Source: a virus
Taxonomy: Duplodnaviria; Caudoviricetes
IMG/VR virus record: IMGVR_UViG_3300028591_000174
Location: 1 to 64,000 of that record
Strand: one strand, 5' to 3'
DNA: 64,000 bases
The notes beneath the pieces are model-generated. The model made no database searches and was not told where the DNA came from. It saw only the letters and a list, made by a program, of their open reading frames with translations. Below, piece by piece: positions 1-10,155 of the stretch (position 1 is the stretch's first letter; each line of letters starts with the position of its first letter). The translations under genes and the position numbers were made by a program.

Positions 1-27
1 TCTGTATTTATATGCCTTGTAACTCAT
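1..27 (-). CDS. tnpB: 5' end of a TnpB (IS200/IS605 family), truncated by window edge
   Basis: Reverse complement of 1-27 reads MSYKAYKYR, the typical TnpB N-terminal KAYKYR(IYP) motif; an IS605-type end hairpin lies just upstream at 79-115. Confidence 0.7.
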
Positions 28-78
28 ACTACATTTCTATTCTTTACTAGAAAAATAAACACCTTAAATCAAATTACG

Positions 79-115
79 CAATTCCTCCCCCAGCTAAAGC
101 AAGGGGATTCCTTGC
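79..115. mobile_element. IS200/IS605-type subterminal hairpin (left end of the edge tnpB element)
   Basis: gcaattcctcccccagctaaagcaaggggattccttgc; closely resembles the hairpins at 10276-10310 and 11799-11833. Confidence 0.6.
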
Positions 116-318
116 TACACCAATCTTAAAATGCCGTGACAATCACATTTATAGCGTGTTGCGTAAAAATGCCACGTCTTTAGCGTGGGATAGCGTTCAA
201 TAAGAAAACTTAATGAAATATCAAGACCTTTTAATCTCGCTTGACTTTTTGTAAGTTCTTCTTTTTTAAGAACTTCAATGAGTTTCAATTCATTTGCTGT
301 GAAGAATTCATCATTCAT
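115..318 (-). CDS. hypothetical phage protein
   Basis: 67-aa ORF in a tightly packed minus-strand series. Confidence 0.55.
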   Translation of the reverse strand: MNDEFFTANELKLIEVLKKEELTKSQARLKGLDISLSFLIERYPTLKTWHFYATRYKCDCHGILRLV

Positions 319-508
319 TTTTAAGTCCTTTTTTAAGAAGTTTTCTTTTTTCTCGATAATCCCAGAAGTTATGCATTGGATTTTTAACCAAATGTTTACA
401 TTGTTTACCGAGACAGTGTTTTTGTTTAATTTGTTTTACTGTAAGATATTTGTGATGATAATTGCAGTAAGCAGCAACGTTCCAGAAATATGTTTCTGAA
501 GCGTACAA
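311..508 (-). CDS. hypothetical phage protein (Cys/His-rich)
   Basis: 65 aa, CxxH...C...C.H pattern, overlaps the next ORF. Confidence 0.55.
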   Translation of the reverse strand: MYASETYFWNVAAYCNYHHKYLTVKQIKQKHCLGKQCKHLVKNPMHNFWDYREKRKLLKKGLKNE

Positions 509-516
509 TGTTGGAA

Positions 517-759
517 CTATGTCGTTAGGGATCGTGCATCTTTTACCTCCTCCCTTGATTTTTTGTTGGTGCCTATAGGAATTGCTTCGTACATTGCACC
601 GCTTTTTATAATGTTCTGCAGAGTTCTGTACTGCCAGGATTCAATCCAGCCTACATGAGTCGTTCTTCCGTGAACCATAAAGAATGTAAGTGTCTTAGCA
701 GCGCTTTCATATTGAGCAACAGATTTAATTTGCTCACCTTGTTTATACTTTCGAGCCAT
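517..759 (-). CDS. hypothetical phage protein
   Basis: 80-aa ORF with upstream purine-rich RBS. Confidence 0.6.
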   Translation of the reverse strand: MARKYKQGEQIKSVAQYESAAKTLTFFMVHGRTTHVGWIESWQYRTLQNIIKSGAMYEAIPIGTNKKSREEVKDARSLTT

Positions 760-761
760 AA

Positions 762-1076
762 TTACTTCCCCTCATTTTCAAACGTATCAAAATTGATCCA
801 TTCTTCTTTCATAAGGTTACCGATAGATGTAACTCTATCATTAAGATGAATGTCTTTAATTCTGATGTACTTACCTTCAAGTTCTTCCCAGGTATCAACA
901 CCTACAACTTTAAGGATACGTTTAATCACGTTCATGCCGTATGAACCATCTAAAACCCATCCGCCAACTGCAACTCCACCGCCGCCTTGAATATCAAGGA
1001 TAAGGTCGAAACTACAGATGCCATTAGCAATGAAGCCAAGTTTTGTTGATTTGATTTGAGCATTTAATGTATCCAT
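762..1076 (-). CDS. conserved hypothetical phage protein
   Basis: 104 aa with GGGGVAVGGWVLD...ILKVVGVDTWEELEGKYIR, a pattern I recognise from phage hypothetical proteins. Confidence 0.65.
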   Translation of the reverse strand: MDTLNAQIKSTKLGFIANGICSFDLILDIQGGGGVAVGGWVLDGSYGMNVIKRILKVVGVDTWEELEGKYIRIKDIHLNDRVTSIGNLMKEEWINFDTFENEGK

Positions 1077-1241
1077 TATTCTTGCCTGCTACTTAAAATA
1101 TGGACAAATATCCATATCAAGAAAATTACTACTTCATCCTGTATGCTTTTGAAAAACTAGAGTTTTCTACTCGCAAGTTCTTGTACAGTCCATAGTCGTA
1201 AATTCCCGACTAACCATCGGTATATAGTCTATATGACTTGT

Positions 1242-2408
1242 TTATGCCAGTTTATAGACTTCCAAATCTCTCAAATTAAGGCTTGCATTAAAATCTCTAT
1301 CATTTTCATATCCACAGTCGCATTTGTACCAACGATCTTTAAGCCTTAAATCAAACTTAATGGCACCGCATTTATGGCACATCTTTGACGATGGAAAAAA
1401 TCTTCCAGCAACCCTAACTTCAATTCCTAATTGATTGCATTTAGCAGTAAGTCTTTCTCTGAATGTGTAGAAATTCTGCTCTGCAATAGCTTTTGAAAGA
1501 TGTCGATTCTTCATCATTCCTTTTATATTCAAATCTTCGATTGTTACGAACTGTGGCTTGGTTTTTACCACCTCTGCAACACACTGATTTATGTAATCGG
1601 AATGGATATTATTTATCCTCTGATGAAGTTTCTGTACTTCAAGTAAGTTTTTATGGATATTCTGTCTAGTAGCTTCTCCATTTTTATTACGTTCTTTTAA
1701 TGTTTCGTATTTTCTCGAAAGCGAACGCTGTTTTCTTTTAAGCTGTTTATTCAGCTTCCTCACAACGTGAGTTTTGTTGATATTCTTAAAAACTCTGCCA
1801 TCACTGAGAACTGCAAAATCTTTAAGACCCAAGTCAATTCCAATACCATCACTTGTCCGCTTAACTTTCTGAAAATCAGACTGTTCAACTAGAACTGAAA
1901 CATAATATCTGCCAGCTCTTACCGATACAGTCCCACTTTTGATAATGTGTGTATCAGAATTGGTTGGTATATATCCTTTTTCTTTTAACTGAACCCAGCC
2001 AAGTGTTGGTATCTTAATTCGATGTCTTTCACAAGGGATGATTACTTTTGAATCTGTCTTTACGAAATACATCTTTACATTAGATTTACCTTTCTTCTTG
2101 AATCTTGGAAATTTAGCCTGCTTCTTGAAAAATTTCTTAAAAGCACATTCTGCATCCATAATTGATTTCTTTACAGATTTAGAACTGACTTCCTTAATCC
2201 AAGAGTAATCAGGGTTAGAAGGAATAAAATCATTGTTAAGCCACTTTGAGAAATCCATACCGCTTACAAACTTCTTTTCTTTTTCATAAACTTCTTTGTT
2301 ATGAGCAATATAGAAGTTATAAATGAACCTACAAGTTCCAATTGTGTTATTAATTAAAACTTTCTGTTCTTCAGTAGGATTAATTTCTGTTTTGTATGCT
2401 TTCAGCAA
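1242..2408 (-). CDS. tnpB: RNA-guided endonuclease TnpB (IS607)
   Basis: N-terminal KAYKTEINPT, RuvC motifs GIDLG / IEDL / DRDFNA, zinc finger CHKC...CDC; catalytic D-E-D appears intact. Confidence 0.95.
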   Translation of the reverse strand: MLKAYKTEINPTEEQKVLINNTIGTCRFIYNFYIAHNKEVYEKEKKFVSGMDFSKWLNNDFIPSNPDYSWIKEVSSKSVKKSIMDAECAFKKFFKKQAKFPRFKKKGKSNVKMYFVKTDSKVIIPCERHRIKIPTLGWVQLKEKGYIPTNSDTHIIKSGTVSVRAGRYYVSVLVEQSDFQKVKRTSDGIGIDLGLKDFAVLSDGRVFKNINKTHVVRKLNKQLKRKQRSLSRKYETLKERNKNGEATRQNIHKNLLEVQKLHQRINNIHSDYINQCVAEVVKTKPQFVTIEDLNIKGMMKNRHLSKAIAEQNFYTFRERLTAKCNQLGIEVRVAGRFFPSSKMCHKCGAIKFDLRLKDRWYKCDCGYENDRDFNASLNLRDLEVYKLA

Positions 2409-3000
2409 TTTCTTTATCCTCCTGTATCTGTTTTTTATATTTTCTCAAACCGTATATTCTGCAGCTGAAAACATGAATTATTGAAATCAAGTCATTTACA
2501 AGTTCTTGTTCTGGAGAGTGTGTATCATTATTCACAACAATAATCTCAACCCCATTTGACTTTAGAAATTTTTCAAACCATTCATAACCGAATCTTATAA
2601 ATCTATCTTTGTGAGCTACAATTATGGTTTTTACAAATCCTAACATACAGTCCTCAAGAAGTTTGTTCCATTTTTTTCTGTTATAATTCAGTCCACTTCC
2701 TATATCTTCAAACACCTCGTCTACTATAATTCCTCTTGCGTTCGCAAATTGTTTAAGGAATTCGACTTGATTTTTCAAATCGTCTTTCTGATTACTTGTA
2801 GATACCCTTGAATATATGATTGTTTTTCCATGAAAAGAATTAGATTCTCCTATATATTCAACATATTGCTGATGGGTATAATAACGTCGGTCTGTAGGCG
2901 TTCTTTTTGCCTTTAACTTACCTTCGTTATCCCACCTCTGCAAAGTTTTTACAGAAACCCCTATCATTTCTGCAAATTCATTTGGTTTATAATTATTCAT
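2380..3000 (-). CDS. tnpA: IS607 serine recombinase/transposase TnpA
   Basis: MerR-like HTH (EFAEMIGVSVKTLQRWD) followed by YSRVST catalytic serine motif, EDIGSGLNYNRK and AHKDRFIRFG. Confidence 0.95.
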   Translation of the reverse strand: MNNYKPNEFAEMIGVSVKTLQRWDNEGKLKAKRTPTDRRYYTHQQYVEYIGESNSFHGKTIIYSRVSTSNQKDDLKNQVEFLKQFANARGIIVDEVFEDIGSGLNYNRKKWNKLLEDCMLGFVKTIIVAHKDRFIRFGYEWFEKFLKSNGVEIIVVNNDTHSPEQELVNDLISIIHVFSCRIYGLRKYKKQIQEDKEIAESIQNRN

Positions 3001-3060
3001 ATCTACAATTTATCACTATTGTCTATATTTGTCTACATTTTTTTAGTAAAACATTTCTCC

Positions 3061-3561
3061 TTATATACTTCTAATACCACCAATATCAACATCAAAGTCT
3101 GGTATTGGATTTTCTGCTGAATACCACAGATGTAAGCAATACTTAGCGATGTTTACGTAATGCTCTTCATCCGGGAAGACCATAATGGATTTCTTGTCAG
3201 TACCAATAAAATCCTTTCTTACAAGTTGAATATCTTTATAATCAGGTATTCTGCTTTTACGACTGAATGAAACATGAAGCCATTCAGTACCTTTATATTT
3301 TGCAGGAGATACAATAACGTGAAGACCATTGAAATCGTATGATCTGATGTATTGGTCCGCGTCTTTGGAAAGAATGTTGTAAATGTTTATTTTGCTTTCT
3401 TGCCAGTATGAAGGTGGATTTGGAAAAAAATCAGCATCTGCTATTTTTACACGAGTTATATTTCCATCATCTGTTCCCATAGAAACATTGCCATCTATGC
3501 CGAAGGATTTTCTTGCTTTTTCAAGAACTTCGTTTTCTTTGTCTTTTGGAATTGTTTTCAT
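3061..3561 (-). CDS. conserved phage hypothetical protein
   Basis: C-terminal EWLHVSFSRKSRIPDYKDI...HYVNIAKYCLHLW motif typical of a widespread phage family. Confidence 0.7.
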   Translation of the reverse strand: MKTIPKDKENEVLEKARKSFGIDGNVSMGTDDGNITRVKIADADFFPNPPSYWQESKINIYNILSKDADQYIRSYDFNGLHVIVSPAKYKGTEWLHVSFSRKSRIPDYKDIQLVRKDFIGTDKKSIMVFPDEEHYVNIAKYCLHLWYSAENPIPDFDVDIGGIRSI

Positions 3562-3572
3562 TTTTTATTCTC

Positions 3573-4823
3573 CTATGCAGTCATTTCTGAAAGTATTTGA
3601 TCGAACAGTGCTTTGGCAAAGTTTGGTGGAACTGCATTTCCAATCTGTTTTATAACTTCTACCTTGGTGCCGGTGAATTTATAATCAGAAGGAAATCCAG
3701 TTGCTGCGGCCAGTTCGTTTGGCTGTAACATTCTGAATCCAAGTTCAATTCCGTCTGTAACTCCGCAGATAGCAAATCTATCTTTTGTTGTTATAGTTGG
3801 AAGAGGAACTCCAATTGGATGAGCAAAACCATTACCGTAATATTCAGTAATAAATGGCTCTACAACTCCATATCTGTTACTTGTATCAAGTGTAGGAACA
3901 GGCTCTGAGATTTTGTGGACTCTTCTGTCTCCACCGTTATACCTTGCTAAGAATGGCTGAATAAGCATATGATGAGCACCACTGCAAGAGATAGTTGAGA
4001 GTGGAATATCAAGTTTTTCAGCGGTAGAATTGCCATACAATTTTGCAATAAAAGGCTCTGCATAATCACCCCAGAACTCTCTGATACCATACTCAATACG
4101 TTTAAGAGTTGCATCAGCGAGAGGTTTCTTTCTGTCTTTTATAAGTTGACATGGAATTGACCAATCTATAATTTCACTTGCTGAATGCCATTTAGGAAGG
4201 AACATGTCTCCGTCTTTTACATTAGTAGGTTTTGGCCAGATAATCCTTTTACCGCAATCTTTTCTTACTGCCTGAATAAAAAGTCTTCGTCTTGATGTAG
4301 GTGCACCGTAATCAGCGGCGCAAAGAACTCTGTATGAAACTATATAATTTAAAGACTGAAGACATCTGATGAACATATTAAATGTCTGACCTTTCTTTTC
4401 AACTATTGTTTTACCGTCAGGTGTTAGAGGACCCCAGTTCTGAAACTCTGGAACGTTCTCAATGATGATTCTTTTTGGGTGAAGAATCTCTGCAAATCTA
4501 AGTACATCCCAAGCAGGTGCTCTCATTTGTTCATTCTTTGGTTTTCCACCACGAGCAACTGAATGATGAGTACAGGCTGGAGATGCCCAAAGTAAATCAG
4601 TGTCTACTGAAGCCTTGAGCGTTTCCGGGTTGATAGTCTGGACATCTTCAACGCGATGCTCAGCAAAAGGATAATTTGCAGCATGAGTTTCGATTGCTCT
4701 TTCCCAATGGTTTATAGCACTCATATTGATATCAAAGCCGAAATCATGTGCAGCAGAGATTAAGCCGGTAGATTCACCACCACCACCACAAAACATGTCT
4801 ATTATATTTAATTTGTTATTCAT
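3573..4823 (-). CDS. DNA (cytosine-5) methyltransferase
   Basis: Motif I DMFCGGGG, catalytic SPAC, ENV, RRRLF, motif X QIGNAVPP. Confidence 0.93.
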   Translation of the reverse strand: MNNKLNIIDMFCGGGGESTGLISAAHDFGFDINMSAINHWERAIETHAANYPFAEHRVEDVQTINPETLKASVDTDLLWASPACTHHSVARGGKPKNEQMRAPAWDVLRFAEILHPKRIIIENVPEFQNWGPLTPDGKTIVEKKGQTFNMFIRCLQSLNYIVSYRVLCAADYGAPTSRRRLFIQAVRKDCGKRIIWPKPTNVKDGDMFLPKWHSASEIIDWSIPCQLIKDRKKPLADATLKRIEYGIREFWGDYAEPFIAKLYGNSTAEKLDIPLSTISCSGAHHMLIQPFLARYNGGDRRVHKISEPVPTLDTSNRYGVVEPFITEYYGNGFAHPIGVPLPTITTKDRFAICGVTDGIELGFRMLQPNELAAATGFPSDYKFTGTKVEVIKQIGNAVPPNFAKALFDQILSEMTA

Positions 4824-5113
4824 TATAATCTCCCTGTAAACATAAACATTTCAGTTTTAAGATAGTACATCATATTTTTAAGCCACACTTCTGTACTCCA
4901 TAATTCTTCATCTATTTCTTCAAGTTCTTCTTTATCCATTTTTTTTTTCTCCTTCTTAAATATTTTCTTAAAGCACTTTGTGCAGATATGTCTTGTAATA
5001 TGGCTTGTTTTTGGTGAGTGATATTTATCCAATTCTGGAAGCATAACATCAAGGTGTTTACTTGTTACTGTGAACTCTGGATATTCTGCTCCACACAAAT
5101 CGCATACCCTCAT
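4823..5113 (-). CDS. hypothetical protein with CxxC...CxxC zinc ribbon
   Basis: CDLC...CTKC; stop/start overlap with the methylase. Confidence 0.6.
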   Translation of the reverse strand: MRVCDLCGAEYPEFTVTSKHLDVMLPELDKYHSPKTSHITRHICTKCFKKIFKKEKKKMDKEELEEIDEELWSTEVWLKNMMYYLKTEMFMFTGRL

Positions 5114-5116
5114 TCC

Positions 5117-5407
5117 TTACTCCTCTACTAATATTCCCAACAATTCAAATGGTTTTTTGCACATTGAAAGTTGTGAAATATATTCATAATTAACTTCGTG
5201 CTCATAGAGAACTAAGTCTGTGTAATCTGTCTGTTGTACAGAGATGACAAGTTTGAATCTTGAATGTAAACGGTCTGAAATGATATCTTTAAGTTGTGAG
5301 ATTTTAATTCTATCGTTGTACTTAAAGTATGCGTCTACTTCTGACCAATCCGAGTACTCTGAACCGCACCAGACTGCAGAATATAAAGTGAATTTAATTC
5401 CTTTCAT
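5117..5407 (-). CDS. hypothetical phage protein
   Basis: 96-aa ORF in operon arrangement. Confidence 0.55.
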   Translation of the reverse strand: MKGIKFTLYSAVWCGSEYSDWSEVDAYFKYNDRIKISQLKDIISDRLHSRFKLVISVQQTDYTDLVLYEHEVNYEYISQLSMCKKPFELLGILVEE

Positions 5408-5422
5408 AATTATCTCTTTATA

Positions 5423-5455
5423 AATGAACCTGTAAGGTGAACTTACAGGTTCATT
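5423..5455. terminator. intrinsic terminator-like hairpin
   Basis: 14-bp perfect stem aatgaacctgtaag / cttacaggttcatt with T-rich flanks, intergenic. Confidence 0.65.
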
Positions 5456-5480
5456 GTTTTTATTCTGAATTGTTTGTTAC

Positions 5481-5855
5481 TTAAAGATCTTCAAGTAACT
5501 TTTTAAGTTCATCTGCAGATTTGCCTTCAAGTTCTGCATCCTGTTTCTTTTCAAGGATTTCAAGAATCTTCTGCTTTTTAGCGGCATTTTCTGCCTTGGC
5601 TTCAGCAGCCTTCTTTTCTTCAACCTTCTGATTGAATACGTACCTAACGAGTTCAATCTTGCATTCAAGTACAGTGTTTTCAGTTTTCTTTTCGATAAGG
5701 CTTTCAACTTCAGAAGTCTTCTTTTCTTCCATCAAACACTTGTAGATGTAATCAAGATCGCGAAGGTTAAGGTCAAACAAATCTTCAGTTGTCATCTGCC
5801 CGCGATAGCTAAATCTGATTTTGTTTTTTGCAGCAAATTCAAACATCTTTTCCAT
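5481..5855 (-). CDS. conserved phage coiled-coil protein
   Basis: KIRFSYRGQMTTEDLFDL motif and charged coiled-coil C-terminus. Confidence 0.7.
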   Translation of the reverse strand: MEKMFEFAAKNKIRFSYRGQMTTEDLFDLNLRDLDYIYKCLMEEKKTSEVESLIEKKTENTVLECKIELVRYVFNQKVEEKKAAEAKAENAAKKQKILEILEKKQDAELEGKSADELKKLLEDL

Positions 5856-5865
5856 TTTTTTCTCC

Positions 5866-7908
5866 TTAAAATTTTATTTTGAGTAATCGCTCTGTTGAGC
5901 CAATTACCTTTACAACAACTTCATCACGCTTTGTAGCGGAGAATCCAACTCCAGAGAGCTGTTCGTCACAGTCTTCTACCCTCATTTTTGAACCAAGTGC
6001 TTCAAAGACACGCTTATGTTCAACAAGTTCTGACTTGAGATACTCGTTGAAGAATCCGTTTGGATTCTCATCATTCTTACAACCCTTGAGCATAAACATG
6101 TAATGTTTGTTACCATTGCCATTCTGTTCATCCCAATAGTTAGGTGAGTACATAATTACTGAGACAGGAACAAAACTGTTTGTTTTGATGCCCCAAATAT
6201 CCTTTGAAGCAGTTGTTGACGGAAGAAGTTCTTTAATTGAGAACTGTCCGTTCTCTAATGTCACAACAGCAACATTTACGGATTCGTTCTGCTTAAGCTC
6301 TTTGTCATAAGCAAACTTGTAGATTGTTCCGTCAAATTCAATTTCAGCAGAGAATCCTGAGCGACCACCACGATGACTAAAGTTGTGAACATAGAATCTG
6401 TATTCACCGTCTTTCATTGTATTTCGGGATGTCCAGAAGATGTTTTCAACCGCAACTTTTCTTTCAGGGTAAATGATATCTACATCAAGCATACCGTTTG
6501 TAAGAAGAGACTTCCTGCTGCCAAAGTAGATCTCGTTAGTACCTACTTCTGTGACTTCGATACAGTGAGCATCGAAGTCATTGTGATTGTCAAAGTTGTC
6601 ATTCCACTGAATAGAGAAGCGAAGGTCACCTGTAACATTACCACCGGCATTCTTTACATTCTCTTTAATTAAAGAGTCTGCAATATTGCCTTTGTATGCC
6701 CAAGAGAATCCGTTGTTCCATTTGAACATTGACTTTGAGCCTTTGTTCTTTGGTGCGATAAGAGAGCAGAGATTCTTTTCCAATCTGCCATCAACGTAGA
6801 CTTCAACTTCTCTTGCAGTTGGCAGTACATTCTGAATGAACTTTTCTGGAGTAATCTCTTCAGTCTTACTGAACTTATTTGGATTTGTTTTTGCTTCAGA
6901 CTTAAGTTCACCGAATACATCCAGGTTCTTTTCTTTTGCAACATCGCGGTTAGAAAACAGAATGTTATTCACTGTAATGTCATCAAGAGTAGCAAATCTT
7001 CTTGGAAGTGAATCAGAGTATCCAAGTTCAGTAATTTTTTTCTGAGCTTCTTCAACCATCTTCTGAGTAAAGATTGCCTTTGGTCTTTTGTAGTTGGTTG
7101 GTGCTACTACTTTTTCGTAGCGAGTAACAGCAGTGTCCAAATCAACTCCATCATTAATATCAATCAGAATAGTTCCGATTGAATGATTGCGGATTTTACC
7201 AATGGCAACTCCTGCTTCAGCAGCCTTTTCCCATGCAAAGAGATTCTTTTCAGTTTCATCAAGTTTGCCGAAGTTTTTCTTGTATTCACGCAATTTCTTG
7301 AGATTTGATTCCCATTCATTGCCACGATATAAAGAGTTTGAAGCGATAAGTTCAAGAACTGTATCGATGCTTTCAAGGCTGAGCTCTGAGAGTGAACGAT
7401 AGAAGACATTGCGAATATCACGCAACTGTGACTTCTTTTCTTCAACACTCTGAGTACCCATCACAATGTACTTTGATGGAACTTTCAGATAGAAATGCTG
7501 CCAAGTTCTGACTGTACCATTTTCGTCAATTTCGCGATTTTCAAGGATTCCGGCAGAGCCTTCCCTTGAGAAGAAAAAGTCCTGAATTGATTTAGACTTG
7601 ATGTATGCGGCCATTGCGTTTGCAACTGTCTGATATGTGTCATCATAAGTTTCAACATCCCAGATAGTTTCAATAACACCGTCTTTAATTCCGACAACAT
7701 TTCCAATTGATTTGATAAAGTGTCTACAAGCAGAACAGTCATGCTCTGTACGTTTGCGGAAGATAGGATTTGTTCCTTCTGGATAACTTGCAAGATAGTG
7801 CTCATACAATTTATCCTTATCTACATCTACAACAAACAGGTCATTATACTTAGCCTGCATTTCTTCAAAATGTTTAATAATTGAATCTCTAAACTTTACA
7901 AAACTCAT
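5866..7908 (-). CDS. large conserved phage protein with C-terminal YfaP/DUF2135-like domain
   Basis: 680 aa; DLRFSIQW...DFDAHC...LDVD...VENIFW...GEYRFYVHNF pattern; N-terminal HDCSACRHF. Confidence 0.7.
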   Translation of the reverse strand: MSFVKFRDSIIKHFEEMQAKYNDLFVVDVDKDKLYEHYLASYPEGTNPIFRKRTEHDCSACRHFIKSIGNVVGIKDGVIETIWDVETYDDTYQTVANAMAAYIKSKSIQDFFFSREGSAGILENREIDENGTVRTWQHFYLKVPSKYIVMGTQSVEEKKSQLRDIRNVFYRSLSELSLESIDTVLELIASNSLYRGNEWESNLKKLREYKKNFGKLDETEKNLFAWEKAAEAGVAIGKIRNHSIGTILIDINDGVDLDTAVTRYEKVVAPTNYKRPKAIFTQKMVEEAQKKITELGYSDSLPRRFATLDDITVNNILFSNRDVAKEKNLDVFGELKSEAKTNPNKFSKTEEITPEKFIQNVLPTAREVEVYVDGRLEKNLCSLIAPKNKGSKSMFKWNNGFSWAYKGNIADSLIKENVKNAGGNVTGDLRFSIQWNDNFDNHNDFDAHCIEVTEVGTNEIYFGSRKSLLTNGMLDVDIIYPERKVAVENIFWTSRNTMKDGEYRFYVHNFSHRGGRSGFSAEIEFDGTIYKFAYDKELKQNESVNVAVVTLENGQFSIKELLPSTTASKDIWGIKTNSFVPVSVIMYSPNYWDEQNGNGNKHYMFMLKGCKNDENPNGFFNEYLKSELVEHKRVFEALGSKMRVEDCDEQLSGVGFSATKRDEVVVKVIGSTERLLKIKF

Positions 7909-7913
7909 AGCAC

Positions 7914-8117
7914 TTACTCCTTTTTTTCTTCATCAACTGTGTGTAAACCTTTTTCTTTCAAAAGGTCTTTCACTTTATTAATTGCCTGCCCCATCATTTC
8001 AATGCTTTTTTCCGGGCTGTCATATTCAGTTGAGATTTCCCACTGAATTAATCCTTTTGCATTCTGACTGAACTTAATTCTTGTTCTTGTGTTTGTTTCT
8101 GTTACTTCTTCTGGCAT
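7914..8117 (-). CDS. hypothetical phage protein
   Basis: 67 aa, good RBS (aggaggaa). Confidence 0.6.
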   Translation of the reverse strand: MPEEVTETNTRTRIKFSQNAKGLIQWEISTEYDSPEKSIEMMGQAINKVKDLLKEKGLHTVDEEKKE

Positions 8118-8169
8118 ATTATTCCTCCTTTACCTGTGAAGTTTTAATTAATATATCTTCTGACATTTG

Positions 8170-8466
8170 CTACTCCTCGTTAGCAAACTTTTGATAGATA
8201 CCATTCATTCGGTCAATACATACAATTTTTCCGCGGCCTCGTTCGCGGTAATATCTAAGATATCTTCTGATTGTTTCACCCTCTGTATTTTTACACAGAG
8301 GTTCAATTTCAGCACACATTCTTGGAAGTTCTGAACCAGAAAATTTCTGTCCAATTTCCATTGAATCCAAAACTTTATCAACAGCCTTTCTGATTTCAGT
8401 GTGTTTTGGCTTTCTTGGAAGTTCACGACAGAATGGTGCTGTAACTGCTTTTTCAGTTTTTTTCAT
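8170..8466 (-). CDS. hypothetical, possible winged-helix DNA-binding protein
   Basis: 98 aa, GETIRRYLRYYRE helix motif. Confidence 0.5.
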   Translation of the reverse strand: MKKTEKAVTAPFCRELPRKPKHTEIRKAVDKVLDSMEIGQKFSGSELPRMCAEIEPLCKNTEGETIRRYLRYYRERGRGKIVCIDRMNGIYQKFANEE

Positions 8467-8490
8467 AAAAAAATCCCCTTGAATATAAAA

Positions 8491-8523
8491 GAAAGCACAT
8501 AGATGTTTAATCTATGTGCTTTC
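8491..8523 (-). terminator. intrinsic terminator
   Basis: 13-bp stem gaaagcacataga / tctatgtgctttc followed on the minus strand by a U-rich tract. Confidence 0.65.
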
Positions 8524-8583
8524 AGTATAACATAACATACATTATGTTGTAAATAATAATAATTATAATAAGATTAACTTTTA

Positions 8584-9138
8584 TTACTTAAACTCATTCC
8601 AACTTTCTGGATTGGATATATCTTTTATAGCATTCTTTGTATTTTTAATTATGGAATAAGTGCTTACTGACGTACCTACAATTCCGGCAGTTTTGTTTGT
8701 CTTTTCTTTCTTAATCCGCTTATCACTTGCTTCTGTAAGGTCGTAATATTTTGCATCATTCACGTTCTTATATGAAGCAAACGTTAAACTTATCAAGGTT
8801 ACAATAAGAGAGCCAAGCAAGCATAATATTGCACCTACATAGTTTTCAGCTATCCATAAAAAGATAAGTAAGAATAAACCTATAAGAAGTGGTATCCATG
8901 CGATTGCATTTCTAGTTTGACATAAGTCTTCATACAAATCGTCTTCATGGCCTCCCTTAATTTCTTCTATGCGTTTTTTTTCTTTCTCTTCATAAATAAC
9001 CTTACGTTCTGACAAAGAAAGAGGTTTTTCACCATCTGTGTTTTCTGTAGGTTTGTGTTTTGGAATATTCTTGTGATGTGTGCAAATAGCAATTAAAAGA
9101 ATAACCATAACCAAACCGATAATTCCGGCAATTTCCAT
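8584..9138 (-). CDS. membrane protein
   Basis: N-terminal hydrophobic helix plus two central TM segments. Confidence 0.7.
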   Translation of the reverse strand: MEIAGIIGLVMVILLIAICTHHKNIPKHKPTENTDGEKPLSLSERKVIYEEKEKKRIEEIKGGHEDDLYEDLCQTRNAIAWIPLLIGLFLLIFLWIAENYVGAILCLLGSLIVTLISLTFASYKNVNDAKYYDLTEASDKRIKKEKTNKTAGIVGTSVSTYSIIKNTKNAIKDISNPESWNEFK

Positions 9139-9146
9139 AGGCTACC

Positions 9147-9335
9147 TCACGATACTAACCTGAATCCATTACAGAAGTTTATAGCGTTCTGACATTCTTC
9201 TTTTGTATCGTAATTACCAAAGATGTTATTCAGAATAAACGCACAACCCTCTGTATCATAAACAGAGTATTTAACAACGCAGTGAAATTCACCTTCAGGT
9301 GCGTCATTAACTAATCGTTGTTTTGGAATTAACAT
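9147..9335 (-). CDS. hypothetical phage protein
   Basis: 62 aa with RBS. Confidence 0.5.
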   Translation of the reverse strand: MLIPKQRLVNDAPEGEFHCVVKYSVYDTEGCAFILNNIFGNYDTKEECQNAINFCNGFRLVS

Positions 9336-9630
9336 AACTCCTCCTTCTTGTAATCAATATGATACATCTCCAACAAGAGTTCGCGGAGCTTTTTATTCTC
9401 CAAATTTTCTGCATTTATACGAGGGTCAATAATGTGGCCCTGCACAGCCAATATCAAATCAACCCTATCCATAGATAAGATTTTTTCTTTTGTCATATAA
9501 GTCTCCTTATATTTAGTTTAACTTACGTTGAGAAAAAAAACTCAACTTTAATTGATGGACATGGCATAATACACCATATTTTGTGATTACCCTTCCCCAA
9601 AGGCAATTTTTTGTAATCATTTTACCTCCT

Positions 9631-9963
9631 TTAAAATTCCCAGTCATAATATTTTTTCCACTGACCAAGAGCAACAAAACAGTTAGAACCTGTTTTACGC
9701 CACTGACCGTTTTTACGCTTTGTAATTTTCATTACAACACCCACAAACTCGTTTTCGTGAATAAGCCAGTTCTGATGTCCCATGCCACCTTCCTTCGTTT
9801 TGTCGTGTTCGGTTTTATTTTCACGAATCCACATCGTCTTGCCAGACTTAGAAACTCTTACTACCTGACAAGGATTTGAGTCAGAGTAAAGGTACATTGT
9901 GCATTTATCACCAACCTTTGGCATTTCAGTAGAACCTACGTTACAATATTCAGCTAAAGTCAT
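9631..9963 (-). CDS. conserved hypothetical phage protein
   Basis: PKVGDKCTMYLYSDSNPCQVVRVSKSGKT; RBS aggagg. Confidence 0.65.
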   Translation of the reverse strand: MTLAEYCNVGSTEMPKVGDKCTMYLYSDSNPCQVVRVSKSGKTMWIRENKTEHDKTKEGGMGHQNWLIHENEFVGVVMKITKRKNGQWRKTGSNCFVALGQWKKYYDWEF

Positions 9964-10155
9964 ATAAACCTCCTAATTTATCCAGCATTCAATTACATCA
10001 CATCTTGATTTCATACGAAATAGGCAACGTCTTGCACCTTGCAGAGTATTGAAACCATAACGAGAACAGGATACTTTTTGAGTACCATCTTTTAATGTAA
10101 ACAACTTTTTGACATAAACGATGTTTGTTTTGTCTTTCAAAGCCATATAAACCTC

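Larger units (their letters stand above)
1140..3060 (-). mobile_element. IS607-family insertion sequence (ends approximate)
   Basis: Overlapping serine-recombinase tnpA and tnpB; short direct repeats gtcta(c/t)attt at 3001-3040 and gtctatat at 1227; candidate GG crossover dinucleotides (cc on + strand) at 3059-3060 and ~1138-1139. Confidence 0.8.
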
